Source: a virus. From it: a stretch of 64,000 nucleotides of DNA. The stretch is from positions 1 through 64,000 of the IMG/VR virus record IMGVR_UViG_3300025018_000113; one strand, 5' to 3'. Positions 1 to 9,288 of this stretch are shown in pieces. The position numbers and the translations under genes were made by a program. Under the pieces are notes generated by a model that was not told the DNA's origin, did no database searches, and worked only from the letters and a program-made list of their open reading frames with translations. Within the stretch, counting starts at the first letter, position 1; each line of letters opens with the position of its first letter.

Positions 1-218
1 AAGAAGAAGACGATGAAGAAGAAGAAGACGATGAAGAAGATGAAGACGATGAAGAAGAAGACGATGAAGAAGAAGACGATGAAGAAGAAGACGATGAAGA
101 AGAAGACGATGAAGAAGAAGACGATGAAGAAGAAGACGATGAAGAAGAAGACGATGAAGAAGAAGACGATGAAGAAGAAGAAGACGATGAAGAAGAAGAC
201 GATGAAGAAGAAGATGAA
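1..218 (+). repeat. Tandem repeat, mostly a 15-bp unit GAAGAAGAAGACGAT
   Basis: Directly visible; encodes the EEEDD repeats. Confidence 0.95.
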
Positions 219-566
219 AAACCAGCAAAAGGAAAAAAGGCAAAAGCCAAAACTGATGCTAATGGAAAAACAGCAAATGACAAAAGAAAGGAACGGGAAG
301 AAAAACGTGCTGAAATTGAAGCACTTGTCCCACAACTTAAAAAGTCACCATCAAAAATTGACGGCTTAAAATATGCCCAATTGTTGATGCTTGCTGGTGT
401 TCTTGGACATGAAAAACCTGTCACAATTGGAAAAACAGATGACTTGAAAAAGTGGTGTTTAGACAAAGTGAAAGGTTCTTCTAAGACAGAAAAAAAAGCT
501 GGAAAAGAAGAAAAGAAGACTTCTTCAAAAGATAAGAAGAAAGTAAAAAGTAAAAAGAAAAAATAA
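1..566 (+). CDS. 5'-truncated protein with long acidic (EEEDD)n tract and Lys-rich C-terminus
   Basis: Frame 3 is open from base 3 to TAA at 564-566: (EEEDD)n-EKPAKGKKAK...KKKVKSKKKK. Track ORF 381..566 is its C-terminal part; 13..369 is a shadow frame of the repeat. Confidence 0.8.
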   Translation, partial: EEDDEEEEDDEEDEDDEEEDDEEEDDEEEDDEEEDDEEEDDEEEDDEEEDDEEEDDEEEEDDEEEDDEEEDEKPAKGKKAKAKTDANGKTANDKRKEREEKRAEIEALVPQLKKSPSKIDGLKYAQLLMLAGVLGHEKPVTIGKTDDLKKWCLDKVKGSSKTEKKAGKEEKKTSSKDKKKVKSKKKK

Positions 567-573
567 GTGTTGA

Positions 574-1287
574 TTGGGTGAACAATCACAAAGGAAAGCA
601 CTGGTCATGTTGTCCCAAAAGCTGAACATTCAAGAAGAAAAAAAATTTTTCGTGATTGTTCATGAGGGTTCACCCATCTTCAAGGTCACCAAGGATGTGC
701 AAGCAATTGCGTCTTTTCTTGGTGGCCTTTCTTCCAGCAAATATGAAGTTGTTGTGAAGAAGAAAGTGACCAAGAAAAAACAAAAGAAAGAAGTGGGAAG
801 TGAAAGGCTTACAAAAGCAATTCAACTTGAAAAGAAATACACTTTATTGAAGAAGAAGTTTTATAAAAGAAAGGTGATGAATAGCACTTCACCAAGTTCA
901 GCTTCATTTCAGCACTTTCTTAAAGCTGTTGACATGATTCAAGAACATGAAGTGAAAATAAGTCAGTTCTTAAAAGCACAGATTGAAGGGCTTAAATTTG
1001 TTGACGGTGGTTTGGGTGTTTTTCCAAAAGTAAATCAACTTTCCACGGCCAGTGCTGAACAAAGGCTTCTTGATTATTTAAGACAGAAACATATTGAAGT
1101 TGAACTGACAGACATTGAAAGGCAAACGGAACTTCAACAGAACAAAAAATATGTATCTTTTTATGAGAAAATTAAAAAGAACACAGCTTCACTTTTTGAA
1201 GCAAGTTATGTAAGGGCCTGTCAACTGGCCAGGCGTGGTGAAACGCAAGGTTTGGTGGAAGAATACATCAAACAATTGAAAAAGTGA
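574..1287 (+). CDS. Hypothetical protein
   Basis: 237-aa ORF in the replication operon; start codon uncertain; no recognised motif. Confidence 0.7.
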   Translation: MGEQSQRKALVMLSQKLNIQEEKKFFVIVHEGSPIFKVTKDVQAIASFLGGLSSSKYEVVVKKKVTKKKQKKEVGSERLTKAIQLEKKYTLLKKKFYKRKVMNSTSPSSASFQHFLKAVDMIQEHEVKISQFLKAQIEGLKFVDGGLGVFPKVNQLSTASAEQRLLDYLRQKHIEVELTDIERQTELQQNKKYVSFYEKIKKNTASLFEASYVRACQLARRGETQGLVEEYIKQLKK

Positions 1288-1293
1288 TGGAAC

Positions 1294-4248
1294 ATGGAAT
1301 TGAAAGAATTTTTAGAAAGCAAAGATTTTAGGGTTGTTCAGCAAGGTCAGAACCTTGTTATGAATTGTCCGTTTTGTGATGATGAAAAACAGCGTTTTGG
1401 AATCAATAACAATCAGAACCATGCGCATTATGGATGGTGGAATTGTTTTAATTGTTTTCCAGCTTATGCACCAATTACAACAAGACGTGGTGTAATACCA
1501 ATTTCTGAAATTGTGGTGGGTGACATAGTTCTGACACTTGAAGGAAATTGGAAAAAAGTTTTACATCATCAAATAACTGGATATAAAGAAAAACTATATT
1601 CATTAAAAATAAAAAGATTTGGTGAATCATTTGATGTTACAGGTGAACACAGGGTTTTTGCTATACCAAGTAATGAAGTGAAGTTTGGACGTGGAACTGA
1701 AAAGCAAAATTACACGTTTGGAAAACCTAGGGAATTAAAAGTTGATGAACTAAGAGTTGGTGATTGGCTGGTAATGCCTAAGAACAAGTTTAGCGGTGGA
1801 ATACAAGAAATAAATTTAGAATTAGAAAAGTTTCAAGCTAAGACAGACCCCAAACCAAAAAGTATTAAACAAACCGTAAAACTTGATTATGATTTTGGTT
1901 TTATACTGGGTTTGTATATCGCAGAGGGTTCTTACAACAGGGGAATAAACTTATCACTAAATAAGAGTGAAGGTTGTGTTATTGAAACTTGTAACAGGAT
2001 TTTCAAAGAAAAGTTTAATTTAATTGGTAGAAGTTATGAACAGGGTGGTAATGAGAATAAATCTTTCTGGGTTGGGCACACGTTACTTGGACAATGGTTT
2101 CAAGAAGTTTGCGGTCACTTATCGCAGAATAAAAAATTACCATATTTCACTTTTGATGCACCAATTGAATTTCAAAATGGGTTGTTGGATGGTATTGATT
2201 GCGGTGATGGGAAAAAAGGTTGCAATACAAAATCAATTACAACAACATCAAAAGGTTTAGCTTATGAATTAAGAATATTATTAACATCACTAGGTTATGC
2301 TTCTGGGATGTATAAAAAACGGGCTGAATTAGCTGAACGGGATGGTATTTTTAGAAAAGCATTTTACAAAATAAGTTATAACAAGATTGCAAAACGCAAT
2401 TATGCTGGTTATGTTGATGATAATTTTGGTTATTACCAATTAAAAGAAATCAATCAAATTGATTACGGTGGTGACGTTTATGATTTCACAGTTGAGGGTG
2501 AACATACTTACACAGCGTTTGGTTTCGCTGTTCATAATTGTGAGACAAAAGGCCGTTCAATCAAAGCTTTCCAGAAAGCACTTTCAAAGCTTGATGGTGA
2601 ATCACTAGATAAAATTGAAATTAAGAAAACAAAAAACGAACCAAAGCACACAGAAATTGACCAACAATTGGCGTTGAAGTATTTCAACAATCGGGAAAAG
2701 AAAGGAAGAAAAGCCGTTTCATACCTAATTGAAGAAAGGGGTTTCAGTAAAGAAACAATCAACCACTTCATGCTGGGTTCGTGGAAAAAAAATGATTATG
2801 AATATGTTTCAATTCCCTTTTGGGAAGCTGGGGAACTTGTCAACATAAAGTTCAGGGCCATTCAATACAAAGATAAGAAATACAAGTGGCGTAGAATTAC
2901 TGGTGGCAAGTCTTCCCTTTTTCATGATGAAGTTTTAGATAACAACGAACTTACAGAAGTTTTTGTTTGTGAAGCTGAACTTGATGCAATTGCGCTTTAT
3001 AATGCTGGAATTCAGAATGTAATTTCTGTGACAACTGGTGCAAAGGGTTTTGCACCTGAATGGTATGATAGGCTTGAAAGATTTGAAAAAATTTATATTG
3101 TTCTGGACAATGATGTTGACGGCCAAGAAGGGGCTGAACGTCTTGCAAAAAGACTTGGAATGAAAAGATGCTGGAACATTGTTCTTCCACAAGAAGACAT
3201 TGTTGAAGGTGGAAAGAAGACAAAAGTAAAAGACTTAAATCAATATTTCTGGGACAAGGACAATAAAAAAGAAAGGCACACATTAAAAGACTTCAAAGAC
3301 TTGGTGAAGAAGTCAAAACAGTTTTCAGTTAAGGATGTAATGTCACTGACTGAAACTTTACGTCAACTAATTAAAGACAGATTCGTTGAAAATGAAGAAG
3401 AAACAGTTGGTTTTGTTACACCTTGGAAAAAAGTAAATGATATTCTTCCTAGAACAAAACCAGGCTTTTTTGTTGTTGTTACTGCAAACCCAAAAGTTGG
3501 GAAAACAACTTGGGTGATGAATTGGTTTCTGTCACTTGCAGGGCCAGAATGTCCCACTTACATTGAATGTTGTGAAATGCGACAACTTAGGGTTGCTGAA
3601 AAGTGCGTTGCCTTTGCTGTTCCAGACTTTTCAAATGTTGATGACATGACAGAAGTACAAATCAGGGAAGCACGGTTTGCACTTCCTTCTGACCACGTGT
3701 TTCTAGGTTATCCGCAAGATGGTGTTCTTGAGTTGGAAAAAGTTTGTGAGAAAATAACAAACGTAGTTCACCGCTATGGTGTAAAGATGGTTTGCTTTGA
3801 CCACCTTCACTTCCTTGTGCGTGGTGACCGTGTTCAAGACAAGATTGGTGAAGTCACAAGGCGTTTCAAACTTCTTGCAGAACAATTGGGAATTGGCCTT
3901 GTGCTGATTGCACAGCCAAGAAAAGTTGAAAATAACCGTGCCCCAACACCAAGTGATTTGAAAGATTCATCATCAATTTTCCAAGACCTTGACACACTTG
4001 TAATTCTTCACAGAAGGTTGAAGCAAGAAGATAACTTTGACAATTCAGCTGGTGAAGGTAACAACGGAAAAATGGAATCAATTACAGAACTTCACGTTGT
4101 TTCACGTTGGGGTGAAGGTGGCCAAACATTACTTAATTTCAACGGACGAAAATCAAAATATTATGAAGAAGGTATGACCTATGAAAAAGAAAGACAAAAA
4201 TTCATTGAAAAGCGTAAAGGAAAAGGTAAGTCAGGAAAGTCAAAGTGA
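1294..4248 (+). CDS. DNA primase-helicase (Zn ribbon, TOPRIM, DnaB-like SF4 helicase), intein-containing
   Basis: CPFC...CFN/C zinc ribbon; TOPRIM CEAELDA and LDNDVDG; Walker A ANPKVGKT; FDHLH, IAQPRK and DLKDSSSIFQD helicase motifs. Confidence 0.93.
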   Translation: MELKEFLESKDFRVVQQGQNLVMNCPFCDDEKQRFGINNNQNHAHYGWWNCFNCFPAYAPITTRRGVIPISEIVVGDIVLTLEGNWKKVLHHQITGYKEKLYSLKIKRFGESFDVTGEHRVFAIPSNEVKFGRGTEKQNYTFGKPRELKVDELRVGDWLVMPKNKFSGGIQEINLELEKFQAKTDPKPKSIKQTVKLDYDFGFILGLYIAEGSYNRGINLSLNKSEGCVIETCNRIFKEKFNLIGRSYEQGGNENKSFWVGHTLLGQWFQEVCGHLSQNKKLPYFTFDAPIEFQNGLLDGIDCGDGKKGCNTKSITTTSKGLAYELRILLTSLGYASGMYKKRAELAERDGIFRKAFYKISYNKIAKRNYAGYVDDNFGYYQLKEINQIDYGGDVYDFTVEGEHTYTAFGFAVHNCETKGRSIKAFQKALSKLDGESLDKIEIKKTKNEPKHTEIDQQLALKYFNNREKKGRKAVSYLIEERGFSKETINHFMLGSWKKNDYEYVSIPFWEAGELVNIKFRAIQYKDKKYKWRRITGGKSSLFHDEVLDNNELTEVFVCEAELDAIALYNAGIQNVISVTTGAKGFAPEWYDRLERFEKIYIVLDNDVDGQEGAERLAKRLGMKRCWNIVLPQEDIVEGGKKTKVKDLNQYFWDKDNKKERHTLKDFKDLVKKSKQFSVKDVMSLTETLRQLIKDRFVENEEETVGFVTPWKKVNDILPRTKPGFFVVVTANPKVGKTTWVMNWFLSLAGPECPTYIECCEMRQLRVAEKCVAFAVPDFSNVDDMTEVQIREARFALPSDHVFLGYPQDGVLELEKVCEKITNVVHRYGVKMVCFDHLHFLVRGDRVQDKIGEVTRRFKLLAEQLGIGLVLIAQPRKVENNRAPTPSDLKDSSSIFQDLDTLVILHRRLKQEDNFDNSAGEGNNGKMESITELHVVSRWGEGGQTLLNFNGRKSKYYEEGMTYEKERQKFIEKRKGKGKSGKSK
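1453..2538 (+). mobile_element. Intein with LAGLIDADG homing endonuclease in the primase zinc ribbon (362 aa)
   Basis: Starts CFPAYAPI; block B VTGEHRVF; LAGLIDADG-like LGLYIAEGS and LDGIDCGDG; ends VYDFTVEGEHTY...VHN followed by +1 Cys. Confidence 0.95.
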
Positions 4249-4492
4249 CAGTGACAGAATTTCTTACAGTGAAGGCGTAAAAATAAACATTGGTGATTAT
4301 GAGAGCCGTGATGTTCACATTTCATTTTCAACAGCTGTCAAGGACAATGAACAGCCACAAGAATCAATTCAAAGGGCAAGAAGCGTTGTCAGGGAAGAAT
4401 TAAGAAAATATGAGAAAAGAATTCGTGTTGCATCACAAGATGATGTTGACTTTGAATCTTCTGAAAGACTAAACTACTACAATAAAAAATAA
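4181..4492 (+). CDS. Hypothetical protein
   Basis: 103-aa ORF between helicase and polymerase, overlapping the helicase end. Confidence 0.65.
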   Translation: MKKKDKNSLKSVKEKVSQESQSDSDRISYSEGVKINIGDYESRDVHISFSTAVKDNEQPQESIQRARSVVREELRKYEKRIRVASQDDVDFESSERLNYYNKK

Positions 4493-4503
4493 GGTGATGG
4501 TTA

Positions 4504-7188
4504 ATGGCTTACTGTGAAAATTGTGAATTAGCATATAAGTGCAACACTAATTGCATGGAAGGTGTTGGGCCTTCAAAAGCAAAAATTATGATTGTGGGTG
4601 AATGTCCTTCACACACTGATGATTATGAAGGTGAACCGTTTGTTGGTGATGCTGGTTCAAAACTAGATTACTACTTACAGAAAGCTGGAATTGACCGTGA
4701 CGATGTTTATTTGACTTATGCTGTAAAGTGTAAGGCATTTAGACCAAGTGACATAAAACCAAAACATACAGTGGCCTGTGAACCGCACTTGATGAAAGAA
4801 ATTCTTTCAGTAAGGCCAAAAGTAATTGTGGCAATGGGAAAAGCACCAGTCATGACATTGTTGAATGAAAACAGTGTAAGTGATTTTAGGGGCCACTTTG
4901 ATAAGTTTGAACTTAACTACACCCACAAGAAAGAAGAAAGAACTTTTACAACACAGGTCATTCCAACTTATTCACCTATGTCAGCACTGACAAAATGGGA
5001 ATATGATGATTATGTGATTCATGATTTGAAGAAAGCAAAAGCATTTCTAAAAACAGGTGTTGTTCCAATGACACCAGTTCCAAAATTCAAAATAGTAATG
5101 TCACTTGCTGACTTAAAAGAATTTGAAGAACGCTATTCAAAAGCAAAAGTTTTTGCAACAGACTTTGAAACAACAGGCTTAAAATTCTTCCAAAATGAAA
5201 TCATCAATGCTGGTTTTGCTGATTGTGATGATTTTGCCACAATCGTTCCTTTGTTGGAATACAAAGAAGAACACATGAATCATAAGAAGTGGACTGATGA
5301 AGACAGAACATTTGCAAAAAAAATAAATAAATTTGTGAGAAAATACAAAAAGAAAATTTTCAAAGCTGTAAAGCGTGTAAACGCATCACCAGCAAAAAAA
5401 GTTCTTCACAACGGAAAGTTTGATGCAAAGTTTGCACTTCATAACAAAATACCGTTTAAGAATTTTTATTTTGACACTGTTCTTGCTGGTGCTTTGATTG
5501 ATGAAAATAAATATCATGACTTGAATTCTGAAATGGAGTACAGGGGAATCAATTTTGGGCCGTATGACACTAAGTTGTGGCCCTATGTGAACAAGACAAA
5601 CAAAAAACCTTACACATTCATTCCACCAATGATGATTTCAGAATACTTAGCAATTGACGTTTGCGGTGACCTAATGCTTTACAAAAAGCAGAAAAAGGAA
5701 CTGAAAGAAGAAAAAGGAATGTGGGACTTGATGATGAAACGTCAAATGCCACTTTCCAGACTAATGACAAGCTGTGAATACCGTGGAATGAAGTTCAACG
5801 TAAATAAGTTAAAAGAAATTGGAAGATTGTTTGATGCCAAGATTTTAGAAATAGAAACAGAAGTAAGAAAGCTGACAAAAATAAAAGACTTAAACTTGGG
5901 TTCACCAAAACAGCTTCTTGATTACTTTGAAAACAAAGGTTACCCGTTTGAAGAAATGGAAATCAAGAAAGGTAAAACAGGCTATTCTTGCGGTGAAGAC
6001 ACATTAAAAAAGTTTTCAAGAAAGAAAAAGTGGGCAAAGATTCCAACACTTATTCTTGAACACAGGACATTGGTAAAAATGAAGGGAACTTTTCTTGATG
6101 GAAAAGATGGTGAAGCTGGGTTGCTTCAACATATTGACCAGAAGAACAGAATTCATTCAAACTGGAACATCCACACACCAAGAACTGGAAGGATGTCATG
6201 TTCTGACCCAAACCTTCAACAGATTCCAAGACCAAACCCAAACTTTCCTGATGCGAACATTAGGCAGTTATTTGTTCCAACGAAAAAAGATTGGGTTCTT
6301 TTTTCAGCTGACTTTGCACAACTTGAATTGCGTGTTGGTGCATACTTGTCAAAAGACAAGACCATGATTAAAGAAATTCAAGAAGGCGTTGATTTGCACA
6401 CAAGAAACGCTGTAAGGTTTGGAACGGTGCTTGGATTTTTACCCAGTGATATGACAGAAAAGAAGTTTAATGAAATAAGAAATTATAAAGCACCAGAAAA
6501 CTGGAAAAAAGAATTCCAGGGCAACAAAAAGAAGCTTGAAGAAATTGAAGAACTTATTCACCAAGCAAGTATTTTTTCAGAACACAGGTCATTTGCAAAA
6601 ACACTTGGTTTTGGTTTGAACTATGGAATGGATGCAAACACACTTGCACAACAATATTCAATGGATGTTGATGAAGTTCAGGACATGATTGACCTTTACT
6701 TTGACAAATACCATTACCTTTATGATTGGCGTGAAGAAATCAAAGCTAAATCAATTGAAGAAGGGCTTCTAATTCTTCCAGAAACAGGAAGAAAAAGAAG
6801 GTTCACACAAGCAAGTGAATGGTTCAATTCTGAATTTTCACACAACTGTAAGAAGCGTGACTTTGACATTGGCGGTATTCATAGACAAGCAATGAACTTT
6901 CCAATTCAAGGTTATGCAAATGAAATTTACACAGAAGGTAAGTTGAAGCTTGAAAAAGAACTTAGAAAAAGAAAGATGAAATCAAGAATTCTTCTTTCTA
7001 TCCATGATGGTCTTGTTGGTGAAGGGCCAAAACATGAAATGCCAATTATTGCAGAACTTGCCAAATCTTGTATGGAAAAAGTTTTAGGAAAAGGAAAGTG
7101 GCAAGTTCCACTTTCTGTTGACTTTGAACTTTTTGATATTTGGTACGGGAAGAAACTTAAAGTTGAAGATATGAAGAAGGCCGCATAA
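4504..7188 (+). CDS. polA: Family A DNA polymerase with N-terminal family-4 uracil-DNA-glycosylase-like domain and 3'-5' exonuclease (SPO1-type architecture)
   Basis: N-terminal CENC..C, IVGECP, PFVGDAG, VKC; exonuclease DFETTG and HNGKFD; RTGRMSCSDPNLQQIP; motif A ADFAQLELR, motif B AKTLGFGLNYG, motif C IHDG. Confidence 0.95.
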   Translation: MAYCENCELAYKCNTNCMEGVGPSKAKIMIVGECPSHTDDYEGEPFVGDAGSKLDYYLQKAGIDRDDVYLTYAVKCKAFRPSDIKPKHTVACEPHLMKEILSVRPKVIVAMGKAPVMTLLNENSVSDFRGHFDKFELNYTHKKEERTFTTQVIPTYSPMSALTKWEYDDYVIHDLKKAKAFLKTGVVPMTPVPKFKIVMSLADLKEFEERYSKAKVFATDFETTGLKFFQNEIINAGFADCDDFATIVPLLEYKEEHMNHKKWTDEDRTFAKKINKFVRKYKKKIFKAVKRVNASPAKKVLHNGKFDAKFALHNKIPFKNFYFDTVLAGALIDENKYHDLNSEMEYRGINFGPYDTKLWPYVNKTNKKPYTFIPPMMISEYLAIDVCGDLMLYKKQKKELKEEKGMWDLMMKRQMPLSRLMTSCEYRGMKFNVNKLKEIGRLFDAKILEIETEVRKLTKIKDLNLGSPKQLLDYFENKGYPFEEMEIKKGKTGYSCGEDTLKKFSRKKKWAKIPTLILEHRTLVKMKGTFLDGKDGEAGLLQHIDQKNRIHSNWNIHTPRTGRMSCSDPNLQQIPRPNPNFPDANIRQLFVPTKKDWVLFSADFAQLELRVGAYLSKDKTMIKEIQEGVDLHTRNAVRFGTVLGFLPSDMTEKKFNEIRNYKAPENWKKEFQGNKKKLEEIEELIHQASIFSEHRSFAKTLGFGLNYGMDANTLAQQYSMDVDEVQDMIDLYFDKYHYLYDWREEIKAKSIEEGLLILPETGRKRRFTQASEWFNSEFSHNCKKRDFDIGGIHRQAMNFPIQGYANEIYTEGKLKLEKELRKRKMKSRILLSIHDGLVGEGPKHEMPIIAELAKSCMEKVLGKGKWQVPLSVDFELFDIWYGKKLKVEDMKKAA

Positions 7189-7667
7189 TGGAAATAAAAC
7201 AATTAAAAAAGAAGCACAGTGAAACAGAAGAAAGGTTCAATAAGTGGACAAAGGTAAACCCAAAACAAATTGACAATGAACTGGCAATGAATTCATCACG
7301 CCTTTTCAGTGTAGGTTTGAAGAAGGGTGAAGCTGAATTCCTTATGGAAAAATCAAAAGCAATTTTGAAGCAAACAAAAGCAAAAGTAAAAATGAAGTGG
7401 TCAAAGAAAGACGTTGGTGGAAAGAAACTGACTATTCCACAACTAGATGCCAAGGTGGACAATGACCCAGAAGTGATTCAAGCTGAAATGAATTACATTG
7501 AAGCACAATATGTTTTTAGAATTTGCGAATCAGCTTTCCAGTCAATGAAAGAAAAGGGTGACAATATTAGAACACTTGCTTACAGCAAGGGTGCTGAATT
7601 GAAACATAATTATGTTAAGGAATCAAAAGAAGAACGTGTGAAACAAAAGGTCAAAAACCAAAAATGA
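7188..7667 (+). CDS. Helical protein, possibly a UvsY-like recombination mediator
   Basis: 159 aa, coiled-coil character (DAKVDNDPEV...AFQSMKEKG); lies near SSB and RecA. Function is inferred. Confidence 0.45.
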   Translation: MEIKQLKKKHSETEERFNKWTKVNPKQIDNELAMNSSRLFSVGLKKGEAEFLMEKSKAILKQTKAKVKMKWSKKDVGGKKLTIPQLDAKVDNDPEVIQAEMNYIEAQYVFRICESAFQSMKEKGDNIRTLAYSKGAELKHNYVKESKEERVKQKVKNQK

Positions 7668-8158
7668 AAAAGTGTGGGTGCTGTAAAATAAAAAAAGCAT
7701 TAAGTGATTTTCATGTTTGTAAAACAACAAAGGATGGAAGACGTTCAATTTGCAAGGTGTGCAGAAATAGTAAAACAAGAAAATATTACAGGGAAAACAG
7801 ATTTGAAATTTCTGTAAAAAATAAGGGAAGATGGAAAAACTACTATGAATTAGATGATGGAACACAAAATTTAGAAAATGTGGAAAAGAGGCGGTTAAGG
7901 AATAGGTGCTGGAAACTGGAAAACAGAAAAAAAGTTTTAGCACATAAAGCAGTTGAAAAAGCTATCAAGCACGGTTTACTTAAAAGGGGGGAATGTGAAG
8001 TGTGTGGTGATTATGAAACAGAAGGTCACCATGAAAACTACAATGAACCACTGATAGTAATGTGGCTGTGCAGAAAGCATCATAATGAGAAACATAGCAA
8101 GATATTAAAAGAGTTAAAAGCCAACAAAGGAGAAAGACATGGCCAAGAAATCGTTTAG
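7664..8158 (+). CDS. Free-standing HNH-type homing endonuclease
   Basis: N-terminal CGCC...CKVC zinc finger; C-terminal CEVCG...GHHENY...WLCRKHHNEKH. Confidence 0.8.
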   Translation: MKKCGCCKIKKALSDFHVCKTTKDGRRSICKVCRNSKTRKYYRENRFEISVKNKGRWKNYYELDDGTQNLENVEKRRLRNRCWKLENRKKVLAHKAVEKAIKHGLLKRGECEVCGDYETEGHHENYNEPLIVMWLCRKHHNEKHSKILKELKANKGERHGQEIV

Positions 8159-9275
8159 TTATGACACAGAAACAACAAAGAAACGTGCAAAGTCTGAATC
8201 ATCACGTGGTGAAAGTGGTGGTGGAATCAATTACATGAAGCTGGACAAGCACAAAACCAAAGTTCTAATTCTTCCACCGTTACCAGGGAGTGAAGCAGGG
8301 GTTTTCAAAAGAACCATGATTCATGAAATCAGAAAAGGGAACAAGGTCATCAAACGTGCAACCTGTGCAAGGGCGCATGAAGAAGATTGCCCTGTTTGTC
8401 AGTACGGATTTGATTTGAAGAAAAGAACTGATGCAAAGGTTGAAAAGGGCAAAAAAGTAAAACAAAAAGAACTTGATGCTTGGAAACAATTCATGCCTTC
8501 AAAGTCAACTTATGTAAACGCTGTGAAGATTGCAGAAGGTAAAAACTTAAAAGACATCAAAGACAAAGAAGTTCAACTTCTTAGACTTCCAGAAGGTGCC
8601 TATCAAGAACTTTTAGAAAAGCTTGATGAAACAGACAACCTTCAAACAATTTGTGGCCTTGATAAAGGGAAACCGATTGTGATGAAAGCAAACGGTAAAA
8701 CTGGACTTGGCAAGAAATACACAAATTTTGCTTGGGAAGGAAAAGCACTTCTTTTGAAAAATGGTGACTTTGAAAGTGAAGAAGCTGTCATTGAAGAAAT
8801 GACTGACCTTGATAAGTTGGAACCAGAATTTTCAATGAAAGCTTTGGAAAAGTTTTTGCGTGACCTTAAAGGTTCATCAGGCGCACCAAAAGACGATGAT
8901 GAAGATGATGATGCTGTTGTTGACGGTGACGAAAAAGACGATGATGAAGATGATGATTTTGAAGATGACGATGATGAAGATGATGAAGACGATGAAGATG
9001 ATGAAGATGATGAAGATGATGAAGACGATGAAGATGATGAAGATGATGAAGACGATGAAGATGATTCTGATGATGAAGATGATGAAGATGATGAAGATGA
9101 TGAAGATGATGAAGATGATGAAGATGATGAAGATGATGAAGATGAAGAAGATGATGAAGATGATGATGAAGATGAAAAACCAGCAAAAGGTAAGAAAGCA
9201 AAAAAATCTTCTTCAAAAGATTCAAAATCAAAGAAGTCTTCAACTAAGAAAACAAAGTTGAAAAAGAAAAAATAA
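8139..9275 (+). CDS. gp32-like single-stranded DNA-binding protein with very long acidic tract and basic tail
   Basis: ILPP, H...C......DCPVC zinc motif, YVNAV, GLGKKY; AAGGAG RBS; about 90-residue D/E tract. Confidence 0.7.
   Translation: MAKKSFSYDTETTKKRAKSESSRGESGGGINYMKLDKHKTKVLILPPLPGSEAGVFKRTMIHEIRKGNKVIKRATCARAHEEDCPVCQYGFDLKKRTDAKVEKGKKVKQKELDAWKQFMPSKSTYVNAVKIAEGKNLKDIKDKEVQLLRLPEGAYQELLEKLDETDNLQTICGLDKGKPIVMKANGKTGLGKKYTNFAWEGKALLLKNGDFESEEAVIEEMTDLDKLEPEFSMKALEKFLRDLKGSSGAPKDDDEDDDAVVDGDEKDDDEDDDFEDDDDEDDEDDEDDEDDEDDEDDEDDEDDEDDEDDSDDEDDEDDEDDEDDEDDEDDEDDEDEEDDEDDDEDEKPAKGKKAKKSSSKDSKSKKSSTKKTKLKKKK
8892..9176 (+). repeat. Tandem 9-bp GATGAAGAT-type repeat (poly DED)
   Basis: Directly visible. 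Confidence 0.95.
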
Positions 9276-9288
9276 AAGGTGAACGGAC

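Noticed and set aside
13-369. ORF of MKKKT repeats
   Set aside because: Shadow frame of the acidic repeat; frame 3 is the continuous coding frame
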